A stretch of DNA of 64,000 nt. It comes from Myxococcales bacterium (GTDB lineage: Bacteria > Myxococcota_A > Polyangia > Polyangiales > Polyangiaceae). Position 1 is the stretch's first letter. The number at the start of each line of letters is the position of its first letter. Below the pieces are notes generated by a model. It had not been told where the DNA came from, did no database searches, and saw nothing but the letters and a program-made list of their open reading frames with translations. A program made the translations under genes and the position numbers. Below are positions 40,858 to 50,598 of this stretch, one piece after another. The stretch is from positions 26,775 through 90,774 of the forward strand of contig JAJZQG010000003.1 in assembly GCA_021847645.1 (NCBI GenBank), given 5' to 3'.

Positions 40858-42819
40858 TCACCTGCGTCGGCGGCGGGCGAAGGCCAGCGCGACCGCCAAC
40901 AAGCCCCAGGCAGCCGTGTTGCGTGCCGGCGCGTGCACCGTGCTGCAGGCGCAGCCGTCCGGGGATTCGGCCGTGCTCCAGCCGGAGGCGTTGATCGCGC
41001 TAGCGGCGTCGGGCGCGGTGGATGCGTCGGGCGCGGTGGATGCGTCGGGGCCAATTGACGCCTCGGGCGCGGTCGAGGCTTCGGGCTCGGTCGAGGCTTC
41101 GGGCGGGCTAGAGGCATCGGGCTCGGGTCCGGCATCGGGCTCGGGCTGGAGCGTGCCGCGGCTCCAGATGAAGCAATGAACCGTGTTGAGGTTGGAGTAG
41201 CCGTTGTTGTAGCCGGGCCAGTCGTAGCGGGCGCCGGCGCCGTCGTAATTCATGTAGCCATTGTTCTTGTTGCCGTACGGATCGTTGAAGATCGCGGTGT
41301 GCTGGCTCTGCAGGTAGCCGATGTCGACGATGTAGTGGCCCGCGGTCGTGAGGGACGTGAGGACGACGAAGGGGCGCTTCGCGTCTATCTCGCTGATGAC
41401 CTTGTCCCAGGTCGGCGACCAGTCGACACCTGAGCTCGGGCCGTGGAACTCGATGTATTCGGCCATGTGGCCCTTGGTGTCCGCCCAGTCGTTCTGAACG
41501 ATGTAGCCGTATCCTCCGTAGGCCGTGTTGCCATTGGGATCGGCCGACCCGACGTCGAGCGTGTGGCCGTTGACCGTGTAGATCTCGGAGACGTAATTGC
41601 CATAGTGGCTGACATGCGAGGACGGGACGCTGACCGTGGTGTCCCATGCGTCGATGACACCCCAGTAGGCGAGCGTCATGACGGCGGAGGTTGCGTTGCA
41701 TGCCCAATTGCCGTCGAAGTTGTCGGGTGTGTCGTAGACCTGATGCAGGTAGGGGACGTTCGGGATCTGCACCGGGGCGCCGGGCGCAGGCGGAAGAGGC
41801 GTGCGAAGCAGCGTGGCGGCTCGGAGGTCCAGGTGCGATTGCGCGAAGCTCTCCAACGGAACGGCCGAGAGGGCAGCGAGGGTTGGCGTCTGGGCCAGCG
41901 GTGCGATGACAGGTGCAGTGTCGAGAGCCGCGCGGTACACGAGGCTCCTGCCGTCGGGGGAAACGCGCGCGTCGAAGCCGATGGCGCCGGCCACGACGCG
42001 ACGCGCGGTTCCGTCGAAGCGCACGGTCTCGAGCCGGGAGGGCTGCGCGCGGCCGTCCCCGCGAGGGAGGTCGGCGGCCGTGAAGATCACGCGCTCGCCG
42101 TCGGGAAGCCAGGACGGCGAGGTTCCGCGGCCAAGGGAGACAACCGCTCCGGATTGCAGGTCGGCGCACGCGATCGTGCCGTTGGTGCCGCGCAGGAGCA
42201 GCCTCTTGCCGTCCGGCGCCCACGAGGGCGCGTAGAAGGCGCCGTGCGTAATCGGATGGCGATCACCGGTGGCCAGGTCGAGCACCCAGATCGCGTCGTC
42301 CGGAGCGTTGTAGGCGAGGCGCGTCCCGTCCGGGGACACGACGGCCAGGTTTACGTAGTGGCCGAGATCGCGCCGGGACTCGGCGCCGTTCGCAGACACC
42401 AAGATAGCCTCGCGCCCGAGGGTGAAGACGACACCGCCGCGGGCGGAGAACGATGGGACGCCGGCGAGGCGCGAGGGAGCGGCCAGCGATCGGAGCGTGC
42501 CCGTTCTCGCGTCATAGACCATCGGCTCCTGGAGGAAGCCGTCGGCGACCGCGTGCAGCACCTTGAAGCCGAGCTTGGTTCCGTCGGGAGACCAGGCAAA
42601 GGCGTAGCCGCTCGAGGGCGTGTCCGTCAGCGTGGAGACGACACCGCTCTCGCGGTCGAACACCATCAGGCCACGGTCGGACGTCGCCGAAAACGCGAGG
42701 CGCGCCCCATCGGGGGAGAAAGCAGTCTCCGCGTGCGCCGTCGTCGCCGATGCGACGAAAGCGAGGGCAAGAGCCGAGACGCGAGCGTGCCTGAATGGAT
42801 AAGAGGAAGTCCGCGGCAT
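40858..42819 (-). CDS. secreted PD40/WD40-like beta-propeller + C39-like peptidase domain protein with MYXO-CTERM-type C-terminal sorting tail
   Basis: Signal peptide; SPDGTRLAY-type repeats; NWACNATSAVMTLAYWGV (C39-like); PEPDAS low-complexity region; tail GCACS...AAWGLLAVALAFARRRRR. Confidence 0.75.
   Translation of the reverse strand: MPRTSSYPFRHARVSALALAFVASATTAHAETAFSPDGARLAFSATSDRGLMVFDRESGVVSTLTDTPSSGYAFAWSPDGTKLGFKVLHAVADGFLQEPMVYDARTGTLRSLAAPSRLAGVPSFSARGGVVFTLGREAILVSANGAESRRDLGHYVNLAVVSPDGTRLAYNAPDDAIWVLDLATGDRHPITHGAFYAPSWAPDGKRLLLRGTNGTIACADLQSGAVVSLGRGTSPSWLPDGERVIFTAADLPRGDGRAQPSRLETVRFDGTARRVVAGAIGFDARVSPDGRSLVYRAALDTAPVIAPLAQTPTLAALSAVPLESFAQSHLDLRAATLLRTPLPPAPGAPVQIPNVPYLHQVYDTPDNFDGNWACNATSAVMTLAYWGVIDAWDTTVSVPSSHVSHYGNYVSEIYTVNGHTLDVGSADPNGNTAYGGYGYIVQNDWADTKGHMAEYIEFHGPSSGVDWSPTWDKVISEIDAKRPFVVLTSLTTAGHYIVDIGYLQSQHTAIFNDPYGNKNNGYMNYDGAGARYDWPGYNNGYSNLNTVHCFIWSRGTLQPEPDAGPEPDASSPPEASTEPEASTAPEASIGPDASTAPDASTAPDAASAINASGWSTAESPDGCACSTVHAPARNTAAWGLLAVALAFARRRRR
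40981..41140 (-). repeat. coding tandem repeats (about 18-21-bp units) encoding the PEPDAS/TAPDAS linker
   Basis: gcgtcgggcgcggtggat x2, then gcctcgggcgcggtcgag / gcttcgggctcggtcgag. Confidence 0.5.
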
Positions 42820-42900
42820 GGGACGATTCTAAGCGGCATACGCCTGGGTGCAAGCGTTGTGGCGCGCCCCGTTTGGCTGGCGTTGGCTGCTTTCCGAGCC

Positions 42901-43563
42901 CTATTGCGCAGGCAGCTCGAACGGTTCGCGTCCGGGAAGTGTCTCGCTTTTGAGGACCGTGTCCTCGATGATCCGCGTGCCGAGCTCCAGGCGGCTTGCC
43001 AGCACGGACGCGCTTCCGGCGCTGCGCACCAGGCTCGTGAACACCAGCGCAACACACTTGTGCTCGGAAGCGCCGATGGCGAGCGCGACACCTCCGATTG
43101 CCGGAGGCGGCGCGCCAGGGGGCGTGGCGAGGCCCACGACCAGGTGGGAGGTGAAGCCCTTGGCGGGGAAGTCCGGCAGATCGCGCTCGTCGATGACGTT
43201 TTTGCCAGTGGGTGCCGGCAGATCCGGTTCCCAGTAGCGCAGCTTCTTCTCGCAGGTCTGGGGTGTCATCAGGTCGTGTTCTGCCCACAGCCGTGCGCGA
43301 ACGATCGTATTGGACGGGTGCGTTGCCTGGAGCCACTCGGTGGTGTGGTCATCGATGCGCCAGGCCTTGCCGTCGGGAAGCGGGATCGACAGGTGGAAGC
43401 GGTGGGAGAGGAAGTTCGCCCAGCCAATGTCCTTGAGCTCGGCCGGAGGCGCTGGCCGGGGAGCGGCCGGTGCTGGCGGTGTGGGCCTGCTCGCGCATCC
43501 GCTCATGGCGACCAGGGCTGCGGCGGCCAGGACAACGGCAGTGGTCTTGGGACGGTTGAGCAT
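42901..43563 (-). CDS. hypothetical lipoprotein
   Basis: Lipobox LVAMSGC; Pro/Ala-rich linker; high GC3. Confidence 0.6.
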   Translation of the reverse strand: MLNRPKTTAVVLAAAALVAMSGCASRPTPPAPAAPRPAPPAELKDIGWANFLSHRFHLSIPLPDGKAWRIDDHTTEWLQATHPSNTIVRARLWAEHDLMTPQTCEKKLRYWEPDLPAPTGKNVIDERDLPDFPAKGFTSHLVVGLATPPGAPPPAIGGVALAIGASEHKCVALVFTSLVRSAGSASVLASRLELGTRIIEDTVLKSETLPGREPFELPAQ

Positions 43564-43576
43564 GGTGTCTCCTTGG

Positions 43577-44386
43577 TCAGCGGCGCGCGGGACGATCGTC
43601 GGCCCCTACCAGCAGCACGCACAACGCACCTTCGCCGCCGTGCTCCGGCGGTGCGGTGACGAAGGCCGAGACGTGCTTGCAGGACTTGCCTTCGCTGAGC
43701 CACGCGGCCACCTCGCCGCGCAGCACGGACTGTCCGGCCGGCGAATTCCTCCCACGACCGTGCACGATGACCACCACGCGATCTCCCTTGGCGCGTCGGT
43801 CGCGCACGAACGTCTCGACCGCTTCGCGCGCCGGATCGAGACGCATGCCGTGCAGGTCCAGGGTCGCGTCCACGGGCAGCTCGCCGTGCTTCATGCGACG
43901 GACCAACCCGCCGTCCACGCCGCGACGACGTCCCTCGATCTGTCGCCCGTCGTCGACGATCTCGAAGCGGCTGCCCTCGTCGACGAGCGCGCGGAACCGG
44001 GCCCGGGCCTGCACCTCGAGCTCCTGCTCGTGAGCGAGGGTTTGCTGGATCTCCTGGTCGCGGTCGGCGCGCACGGGTGCGCCGGAGGTGGGCACGCGGC
44101 GGGCCGGACCTCGATCGAGTGGGACGACGCCGCCCATGAGGCGGTCGAAGGTCAGCAGGTCGTCCTCGGTGGGCGGGGCAGGTTTTGCAGGCTTCGTTGC
44201 CGGGCGAGGGGAGGGGGTGGGCGCGGTGGGTCGCGCGGCCTTCGGTTGCGGCGCATTCGACGGTTGGGCTGGTGGCGCAGGCTTGGGCAGGGCGGCGAAG
44301 GGGCGGAAGAACCCGTCACCTTCCTTGGGCGTGGCTGGCTGCTTGCGTGGACCGGGTCCGCTCTTGTCGCGCTTCTTGCTGCTCAT
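43577..44386 (-). CDS. Smr (MutS2 C-terminal-like) domain protein with Pro/Lys-rich N-terminus
   Basis: LDLHGMRLDPAREAVETFV...VVVIVHGRG. Confidence 0.75.
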   Translation of the reverse strand: MSSKKRDKSGPGPRKQPATPKEGDGFFRPFAALPKPAPPAQPSNAPQPKAARPTAPTPSPRPATKPAKPAPPTEDDLLTFDRLMGGVVPLDRGPARRVPTSGAPVRADRDQEIQQTLAHEQELEVQARARFRALVDEGSRFEIVDDGRQIEGRRRGVDGGLVRRMKHGELPVDATLDLHGMRLDPAREAVETFVRDRRAKGDRVVVIVHGRGRNSPAGQSVLRGEVAAWLSEGKSCKHVSAFVTAPPEHGGEGALCVLLVGADDRPARR

Positions 44387-44511
44387 CGTGTGTCTCTGGC
44401 TCCGCCACCGACGGGCGGTAATCCTGGTGCGTAGCACGAGCGGCGGGTGCCGGACAGGCGCCCCGCAGCTGCGGGCTTTGCAGGGCGCTTGGGTTCGCGT
44501 AAGCAGAGGGC

Positions 44512-46314
44512 ATGCGAGGTCGACTCTCCGAGTGGTTGAGCGCTCCTGTTGTATGCCTGATCGTCGCCGTTGCGTGGTTGGGAGGCGAGCGCAGTGCAGC
44601 GGCGCAGGCTGAGCCGACGCACGAAACCGCTGCGCAAGGTAGCGCAACGAGCGTGGTCGTGCCCTCCGGATCGGGCGCGGAGCCTGGCGATTCCTCGGCC
44701 CAGCCGGCAACGAGCCATTCGGCGAGCGTACGTCGCGAGGCGCCGACGACATCGCCAAGCGCGGAGCCGGAGCCAGCCGCGAAACAAGAGCACGCACCCT
44801 TGGTCATCGGGATGCCGGGGCCGGTGCCGCCGGAGGTGGTGCGCGACACGCCGCGCGACACCGTGTCGGGATTCGTCGATGCGGCTGCCGCCGAGGACTT
44901 CGATCGCGCAGCGTTCTACCTGGATCTGCGGACCGTACCGTTTTCGCAGCGCAAGACGCGCGGTCCCGAGCTCGCCCGGGAGTTTTCCGAAGTCCTCGAT
45001 CGCACGGTGTGGCTCGACGTCGAGTCCATCCCCGACGATCCGGAAGGCGGGGAGCACGGCGGGGCGGCGTCGCAGGACGTGCGCGTGGTGAACATCCCGA
45101 TGCCTGGGGGCAGCCAGGGAATCCGTGTGGAGCGCGTGCGCGACGCGGTGACGGGCAGCCCGATCTGGTTGTTTTCGAAGGCCACGGTCCAGTCGATCGA
45201 CAAGCTGCACGCGGAGCATGGTTTGCCGGACGTGGTCCAGCAGCTTCCCGCCTGGACGCGGCGTCGCGCGTTGGGCATGCAGCTGTGGCAGTGGGGCGGG
45301 CTCGTGCTGCTCGCGGTGCTTTCGTGGTTGGCGGGCCATCTGATCGAGCGGCCGTCGATGTGGGGCATTCGCCGTGCGCTGGACAGAGCAGGGATTCGCA
45401 GGCTGCGCGAGTTCACGCACGCCTGGGAGGGGCCGGTACGCAGGATCTCGGCGCTGGTGCTCGCGCGTTTCGGCCTTGGCTTGCTCGCCCTGTCGGCGAA
45501 CGCCGAGACGGCGGCGACCCGCGTGGTCGACATCGGCTTGATCCTGGCGGGCATGCAGGCAGCCACCCGGCTCGTGGGATTCGCGGCCGGGGCGGTGCTG
45601 GAGGACAGCTCGCTGGATGAGGACGAGCCCGCGCGCAGGAAGACGGTTGCGACGCGGGTGACGGCGATCCGTCGCATCGCGAACGTGATTGTCTTCGTGG
45701 CAGGCGTGGCGCTGGCCCTGATGCAATTTCCCGTGGCGCGGTCCGCGGGCTGGAGCCTGCTGGGGTCAGCCGGGTTGGCCGGCGCCGTCCTGGGCTTCGC
45801 AGCCCAGAAGACCGTCTCCAATCTCTTCGCCGGAATCCTCATCGCCCTCACGCAGCCCGTGCGGATCGGCGACACGGTCATCGTCCAGAACGAGTGGGGG
45901 ATCGTCGAGGAGATCGGGCTGACGCACGTGGTCGTGCGCATCTGGGACCTGCGACGGCTTGTGCTGCCGGTCACGTGGTTTCTGGATCAGCCCTTCGAGA
46001 ACTGGACGCGTTCGTCCACCGAGCTGGTGGGCACGGTGTTCGTGCACACGGACTTCGGCGTGGACGTGGACGCGGTGCGCGCCGAGGTCATGGCGCTGCT
46101 CGAGCACGAGCCGTTGTGGAACCGCAAGCAGGCGCGGGTCATCGTCAGCGAGCTCAACGATCGGACGGTGGTTCTCCGCGTGACCGTGAGCGCGGACGAC
46201 GCGGACAAGCTGTGGGATCTGCGCTGTCTGGTGCGGGAGCGAATGCTCAAGTTCCTGCAGTCCGACGACTCGCGCATGCCGCAGTGGCGTATGAAGCCGC
46301 CGGCATCGAGCTGA
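44512..46314 (+). CDS. mechanosensitive ion channel (MscS family) with long N-terminal extension
   Basis: TM3/beta-domain signature ...AAQKTVSNLFAGILIALTQPVRIGDTVIV.... Confidence 0.8.
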   Translation: MRGRLSEWLSAPVVCLIVAVAWLGGERSAAAQAEPTHETAAQGSATSVVVPSGSGAEPGDSSAQPATSHSASVRREAPTTSPSAEPEPAAKQEHAPLVIGMPGPVPPEVVRDTPRDTVSGFVDAAAAEDFDRAAFYLDLRTVPFSQRKTRGPELAREFSEVLDRTVWLDVESIPDDPEGGEHGGAASQDVRVVNIPMPGGSQGIRVERVRDAVTGSPIWLFSKATVQSIDKLHAEHGLPDVVQQLPAWTRRRALGMQLWQWGGLVLLAVLSWLAGHLIERPSMWGIRRALDRAGIRRLREFTHAWEGPVRRISALVLARFGLGLLALSANAETAATRVVDIGLILAGMQAATRLVGFAAGAVLEDSSLDEDEPARRKTVATRVTAIRRIANVIVFVAGVALALMQFPVARSAGWSLLGSAGLAGAVLGFAAQKTVSNLFAGILIALTQPVRIGDTVIVQNEWGIVEEIGLTHVVVRIWDLRRLVLPVTWFLDQPFENWTRSSTELVGTVFVHTDFGVDVDAVRAEVMALLEHEPLWNRKQARVIVSELNDRTVVLRVTVSADDADKLWDLRCLVRERMLKFLQSDDSRMPQWRMKPPASS

Positions 46315-46363
46315 ATCGGGACGGGGAGCGGGAGCGCTTGCCGGCAGGCTTGCCGGTGTGAGC

Positions 46364-46840
46364 TCAGGGTTCGATGGCGGGCTTGGCGACCGGCAGGATG
46401 GGCGCCCACACGAGCTTGAACAGCAGGTTGTCGTCGACCACCACGCCGCGGTCGCTGAACCGCAGCACGTTGGCATCGTCGGCGTCGTGGCGCTCACCGA
46501 CGAAGATGATGCCGCGGCCCTCGCCGTTGTAGCCGAGCTGGACGATCGCGTTCTTGACCCAGCGGCCGCCGTCGCCCAGGTCGAGATCGTAGGGCAGCGT
46601 GTAGAAGCCCTCGGGCGGGAGGGACTTGAGGGACTTGGCCCAGGAGGTGGCGCGGATGGGCACGGTGGGCTCGCCCCAGAACCATTGGTTCTTTCGATTG
46701 GCGCCGGGGCGCACGACGAACGTCAGGCCGCCGTTGGGCGGATTGCCGACGTAGACCAGGGCGTTGGCGGGGATTTCGTCTTCCTTGCCGGGGTAGGCGA
46801 GGGTGGTTCGGTACAGTCCAGGCTCAGGCATGTCAATCAT
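46364..46840 (-). CDS. hypothetical protein
   Basis: 158-aa high-GC3 ORF; no motif recognised. Confidence 0.5.
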   Translation of the reverse strand: MIDMPEPGLYRTTLAYPGKEDEIPANALVYVGNPPNGGLTFVVRPGANRKNQWFWGEPTVPIRATSWAKSLKSLPPEGFYTLPYDLDLGDGGRWVKNAIVQLGYNGEGRGIIFVGERHDADDANVLRFSDRGVVVDDNLLFKLVWAPILPVAKPAIEP

Positions 46841-46993
46841 GGGTCACTCACGTGTTGAATCGATGCGGGGGTTGGAGCCGAACACCGTGCGAAGGATTCG
46901 GCGGGCGCGCAGCTTAGCACGGGGAGGGCGGATGGCTACGGGGGGCGTAGGCGGTGTGATCCGAAAATGAAAGGGTCTGCGCCGGCGCGCCTC

Positions 46994-48781
46994 TCAGCGG
47001 CCCATCGTGCCCGTGACAACCTGGGTCTGGACGTCGAACAGGTGGACCAGCTCGTCGCGGTCGCGCAGAAGCAGCGTATCGCCGTCGGGGGTCATGTTGA
47101 TGCCCTCGGGCGTGAACGACAGACCGATCGTGCGCGCCATGGCCGTCGCCACGTCGAGCTCGAACAGGCCTTGCTGGATGCCGTAGACGTGCTGCGAGTC
47201 GGGCAGCATCACGTAGTCGTCGAGGAGGACGTATGCGCCTTGCACGGTGCGCAGGCTGCGCGTCTCGATGTCGAGGATTCGCACGTTGTTCTCGCTCAAG
47301 AACGCATCGACGAGCAGCATCTTGCCATCGGGCGTTACTGCATAGCGCGGCAGCTCGTCACCGACGGCGAGCGTACCGTACGCGAGCGAGCCGACATTGA
47401 TGAACATGAGGTGATAGCGGCTGTCGGACTGCGCCACCTCGGGCGGCATGGCAGGCGCCGTGGGGTCGGTGGTGTCCCGATCGAGGAAGGCTACGGCGGT
47501 ATTGCCGCTCTGCGAGAGTGCGACCGGACCGAACCCGGGAAGCTGCTTCTCCAGCTGGCAATTCTCCAGATCGAGAACCGACACCGGGTCTCTGGAGCAC
47601 CACGTCGGAGCGAGGAACGCACGCGTTCCACCCCGCGCAACCACGAACTCGTCGGCGCAGTTCGGCGCCGTTATCTGGCACGTGACGCCCGCATCCAAGG
47701 AACGCAGCACCTGCACCGTCGTAAACGGCATCGCCGCGTCGTTGGCGCCGTCCCACCAGGTGTCGGTCGTGACGATGATCTCGTCGTTCAGGTCGCGCAG
47801 GTCCACGTCGCGAATGGCCCGGTCGGGCGTCAACGAGCCGCGCTTCGCGCCCGTGTCCGGATCCAGGACGAACAGGGCCTCATCGCTCCAGACCACCAGC
47901 GACCCGTCCTTCTCGTTCGCCTTCATGTGCGGGTATGCGACAGGCGACGGAATGGACCATTGCACGGAGCGAGAGGCGAGGTCGTAGGACACGACACGGT
48001 CGCCGCTGGGGGTGCTGCCGGCGAGAAAGAACCCCTCGCCGCGGGCACGACTCCAGAACGCGAGCACGTCGGCGGTGGGCAGGCCGGCGACGACTTCGTA
48101 GGCCCGTGTCTCGAGGGTGCCGATGACGATCTGGTCGCCTTTCTTGGACAGGAAGTACAGGCCGCTCGGGGACACGGCGATCTCGCCGCTGCCCAGGAAG
48201 ACTCCTTCGTCGCCGCTGCCTGGCGCGTGTCCACCCGTGTTGGCGCCGCCCACGTTGCCAGAGCCGAGCATCACGGGCAGGGCGAACGCGGCCGCAACCC
48301 ACGACGCGAGCTTGCCGAGCCGGAAGGGAGCGTTGCCTAGCATGCGGGGAAGCAACATGCCCCAAGACGCGACCAGGGCGACGAGCGCGAGCAGATCGGT
48401 GGGATCGACGGTGTTGTTCCACGGCAGATGGGCGAGAGCGAGGGCCGCCGCGAAGGCCGAGGAGGCGGACGCCGAGACCTTGATGGCGGTGAAGACCAGG
48501 GCGGTGGCGGCATAGCAGGCGAAGAGCGCGCGGCGCGAGCGGGCGCGCACGAGCGCGGCCAGGAGCACGGGGGCGGCGAACAGGCCAGCGAAGTCGCTGG
48601 CCTTGCCCGTGAGCCAGACGGGCAGGATCCCCGCACCTTTGAAGACGTGATCGTTGAGCGCAAGGACGGTCACGGCGGCGAGCCAGCTGGGGTGCAGCAA
48701 CGCGTGAGCGGGCTGCAGGCCGTGGCTCCGGACGTACTCCTCCCTGCGCTTGCCCCGGAAAGACAAGCGAGTAAGCGACAT
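46994..48781 (-). CDS. membrane protein (N-terminal multi-TM domain, possibly DUF2809-like) fused to a beta-propeller-like C-terminal domain
   Basis: LNDHVFKGAGILPVWLTGKASDFAGLF plus hydrophobic segments, followed by repeated YAVTPDGKML-type strands. Confidence 0.6.
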   Translation of the reverse strand: MSLTRLSFRGKRREEYVRSHGLQPAHALLHPSWLAAVTVLALNDHVFKGAGILPVWLTGKASDFAGLFAAPVLLAALVRARSRRALFACYAATALVFTAIKVSASASSAFAAALALAHLPWNNTVDPTDLLALVALVASWGMLLPRMLGNAPFRLGKLASWVAAAFALPVMLGSGNVGGANTGGHAPGSGDEGVFLGSGEIAVSPSGLYFLSKKGDQIVIGTLETRAYEVVAGLPTADVLAFWSRARGEGFFLAGSTPSGDRVVSYDLASRSVQWSIPSPVAYPHMKANEKDGSLVVWSDEALFVLDPDTGAKRGSLTPDRAIRDVDLRDLNDEIIVTTDTWWDGANDAAMPFTTVQVLRSLDAGVTCQITAPNCADEFVVARGGTRAFLAPTWCSRDPVSVLDLENCQLEKQLPGFGPVALSQSGNTAVAFLDRDTTDPTAPAMPPEVAQSDSRYHLMFINVGSLAYGTLAVGDELPRYAVTPDGKMLLVDAFLSENNVRILDIETRSLRTVQGAYVLLDDYVMLPDSQHVYGIQQGLFELDVATAMARTIGLSFTPEGINMTPDGDTLLLRDRDELVHLFDVQTQVVTGTMGR

Positions 48782-49282
48782 GTCCGCCGGTCAGCAAGCG
48801 CCGGGCCACCGCAGGTCGCATCCGCGTTGAGGCTTTTTCTCGAACGATTGCAGCGGGAGTGTCGCGGGTGGCCATGCGCGGGATGACACTCGTGTCGCAG
48901 TGTGGTGCTCCGTCCACAGGTGGGACGTGGGACCGCTCCCGGCCGGTGGGGCGGGCAGCGCCGCTTTGCACTCGCCTGTTGGCGCGACGCTTCCGGGCGT
49001 GGATCCGCACAGCCAGGACACGACTCCCGGGCGTACGCGACGGCTGGTGGGGGTGAGGTCCACTGGCCCTCGGATGGTCGTGCGCAGTTGTCTATGTGCC
49101 AATTCCTGCCGCTGACATGCCTCAAGGCGAGGACGAATCACGGCTGTTTGCGGGAGGCGCGCTCGACGGGCTCGTTGCCTCGCCGCTCCCTCCGGTGCGG
49201 TCGTCGGGTGGAGGCTATGGCGGTGACATCCAGCAAACACCGCAACCTCGTGTGGGTGTGACGGCCAGCCCCTGGACTTCCA

Positions 49283-50386
49283 TTGGGCTTGCGTGGCCGG
49301 GATTCCGGCGCTGGACTGGTCGTGCGGCACGGCGTTCATGAATGGCGGCAGCGTACTGACCGCGTGTGGAAACTCGTCGAGTTGGTGTCCCGGGACTCAG
49401 CAGTGCTGCCCCATCACCGGCACGTGCTACGACCCGGCGAAATCGGAGCTGTGCAAGGTGCCCCCGGCGGGCACCTACTTCCCTTGCATTCAAGACTCGG
49501 ATTGCCCGCTGCCGACAGACTTCTGCGTGGGACCGACCTGCGGGCGCCGGGCGGCTGCGTGCACCAGGCCAAGCACGACGACTGTACGGGGCAATGGGAC
49601 CCGGTGTGCGGCTGCGATGGGAAGACGTACGTCAACGCCGTTTGCGCTCAGGCGAGCAGGATGGCCGTGGCCCACAACGGCTTGCCGCGTGTCAGTCCAC
49701 ACCTGCGGCGAATCCAACCAGAGAAACGCAGAAACGCAAAGGCGCAGAGGATGGCCCCTTCCTCCGTGCCTCAGCGCCTCTGGTCTCTGCGTTGTTTTCT
49801 GCGAAGCGCTGGCGTGCCGATGGACGGGACGCAGCGGGTGAACAACCTGTTGGGGCAGGAAACGCGCGAGCAGAAGCGCAAGTGGGGAAAGACCTACTGG
49901 GGAGTCGGGGTCGGCGCCACGGCCTTTCCGGGAGGCGTGGGGCTGGTGGCGCCTACCGTCGACCTGGCCGTCTACCACGAAACCGAGACGGTCGCGGTCG
50001 GCGGAGATATCCGGCTGAGTACGGGCGGCAGCGGAGCAGGCGAAAAGGAGGGGTCCTTCGAGGCGCTGTCCGTGGGTGCGCGATACTTCACGTCGGACGC
50101 AGACTCCACGGCGTTCCTCGGGGGCGGACTCTCCTGGTCGGGCGTCCAACTCTACAACGGAGATTGGGATGGCGACGGTATCGGCTTCAGCTTCTGCGCG
50201 GAGGGAGGAGTCGAGGCGCTTCGAACGTACAAGACCCGCCTGGTGGTGGGTGTTCGCGCGACGCTTCCCGTCTATCAGGTGGAACCGAGCTACATCCACC
50301 CTTCTTTTTCGGGCGGGATCGCGCCGCCCACGCCCGAGAAGAAGTACGTGGTGCCGATCAGCCTGGCGGTGACGTTCATGTTCTGA
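49283..50386 (+). pseudogene. frame-ambiguous secreted Cys-rich / Kazal-like region joined to an OMP-like C-terminus (possibly disrupted gene)
   Basis: The frame from 49293 encodes a Cys-rich peptide. The second frame carries the Kazal-like motif CTGQWDPVCGCDGKTYVNAVC, then a Gly/aromatic-rich region ending VTFMF. Neither frame has a credible signal peptide start. Confidence 0.3.
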
Positions 50387-50598
50387 GCCGCGCTTGCCGA
50401 TCGCGTCGATCGCGCGCGGCGAAGGCGCTGGGTGAGGGGCGCGCCGCGAGCAGCCAGAGAGAGCGTCGAGCGCGAGCTCACCTCACCACGGGGGCTTGTC
50501 CATACCCTCGCGCCCGGACCGATCACCGATGGAGCGGCGAGCGCTCCGTCTTGGCGCACCTGACCGCTCTCACGCGCGCGGATCGAGGCAAATAGCAG

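Noticed and set aside
40565-40861. 98-aa minus-strand ORF between lpxA and the MYXO-CTERM gene
   Set aside because: It is Arg-rich and lacks coding character. A different frame in the same interval carries the VOC/PhnB-like remnant.
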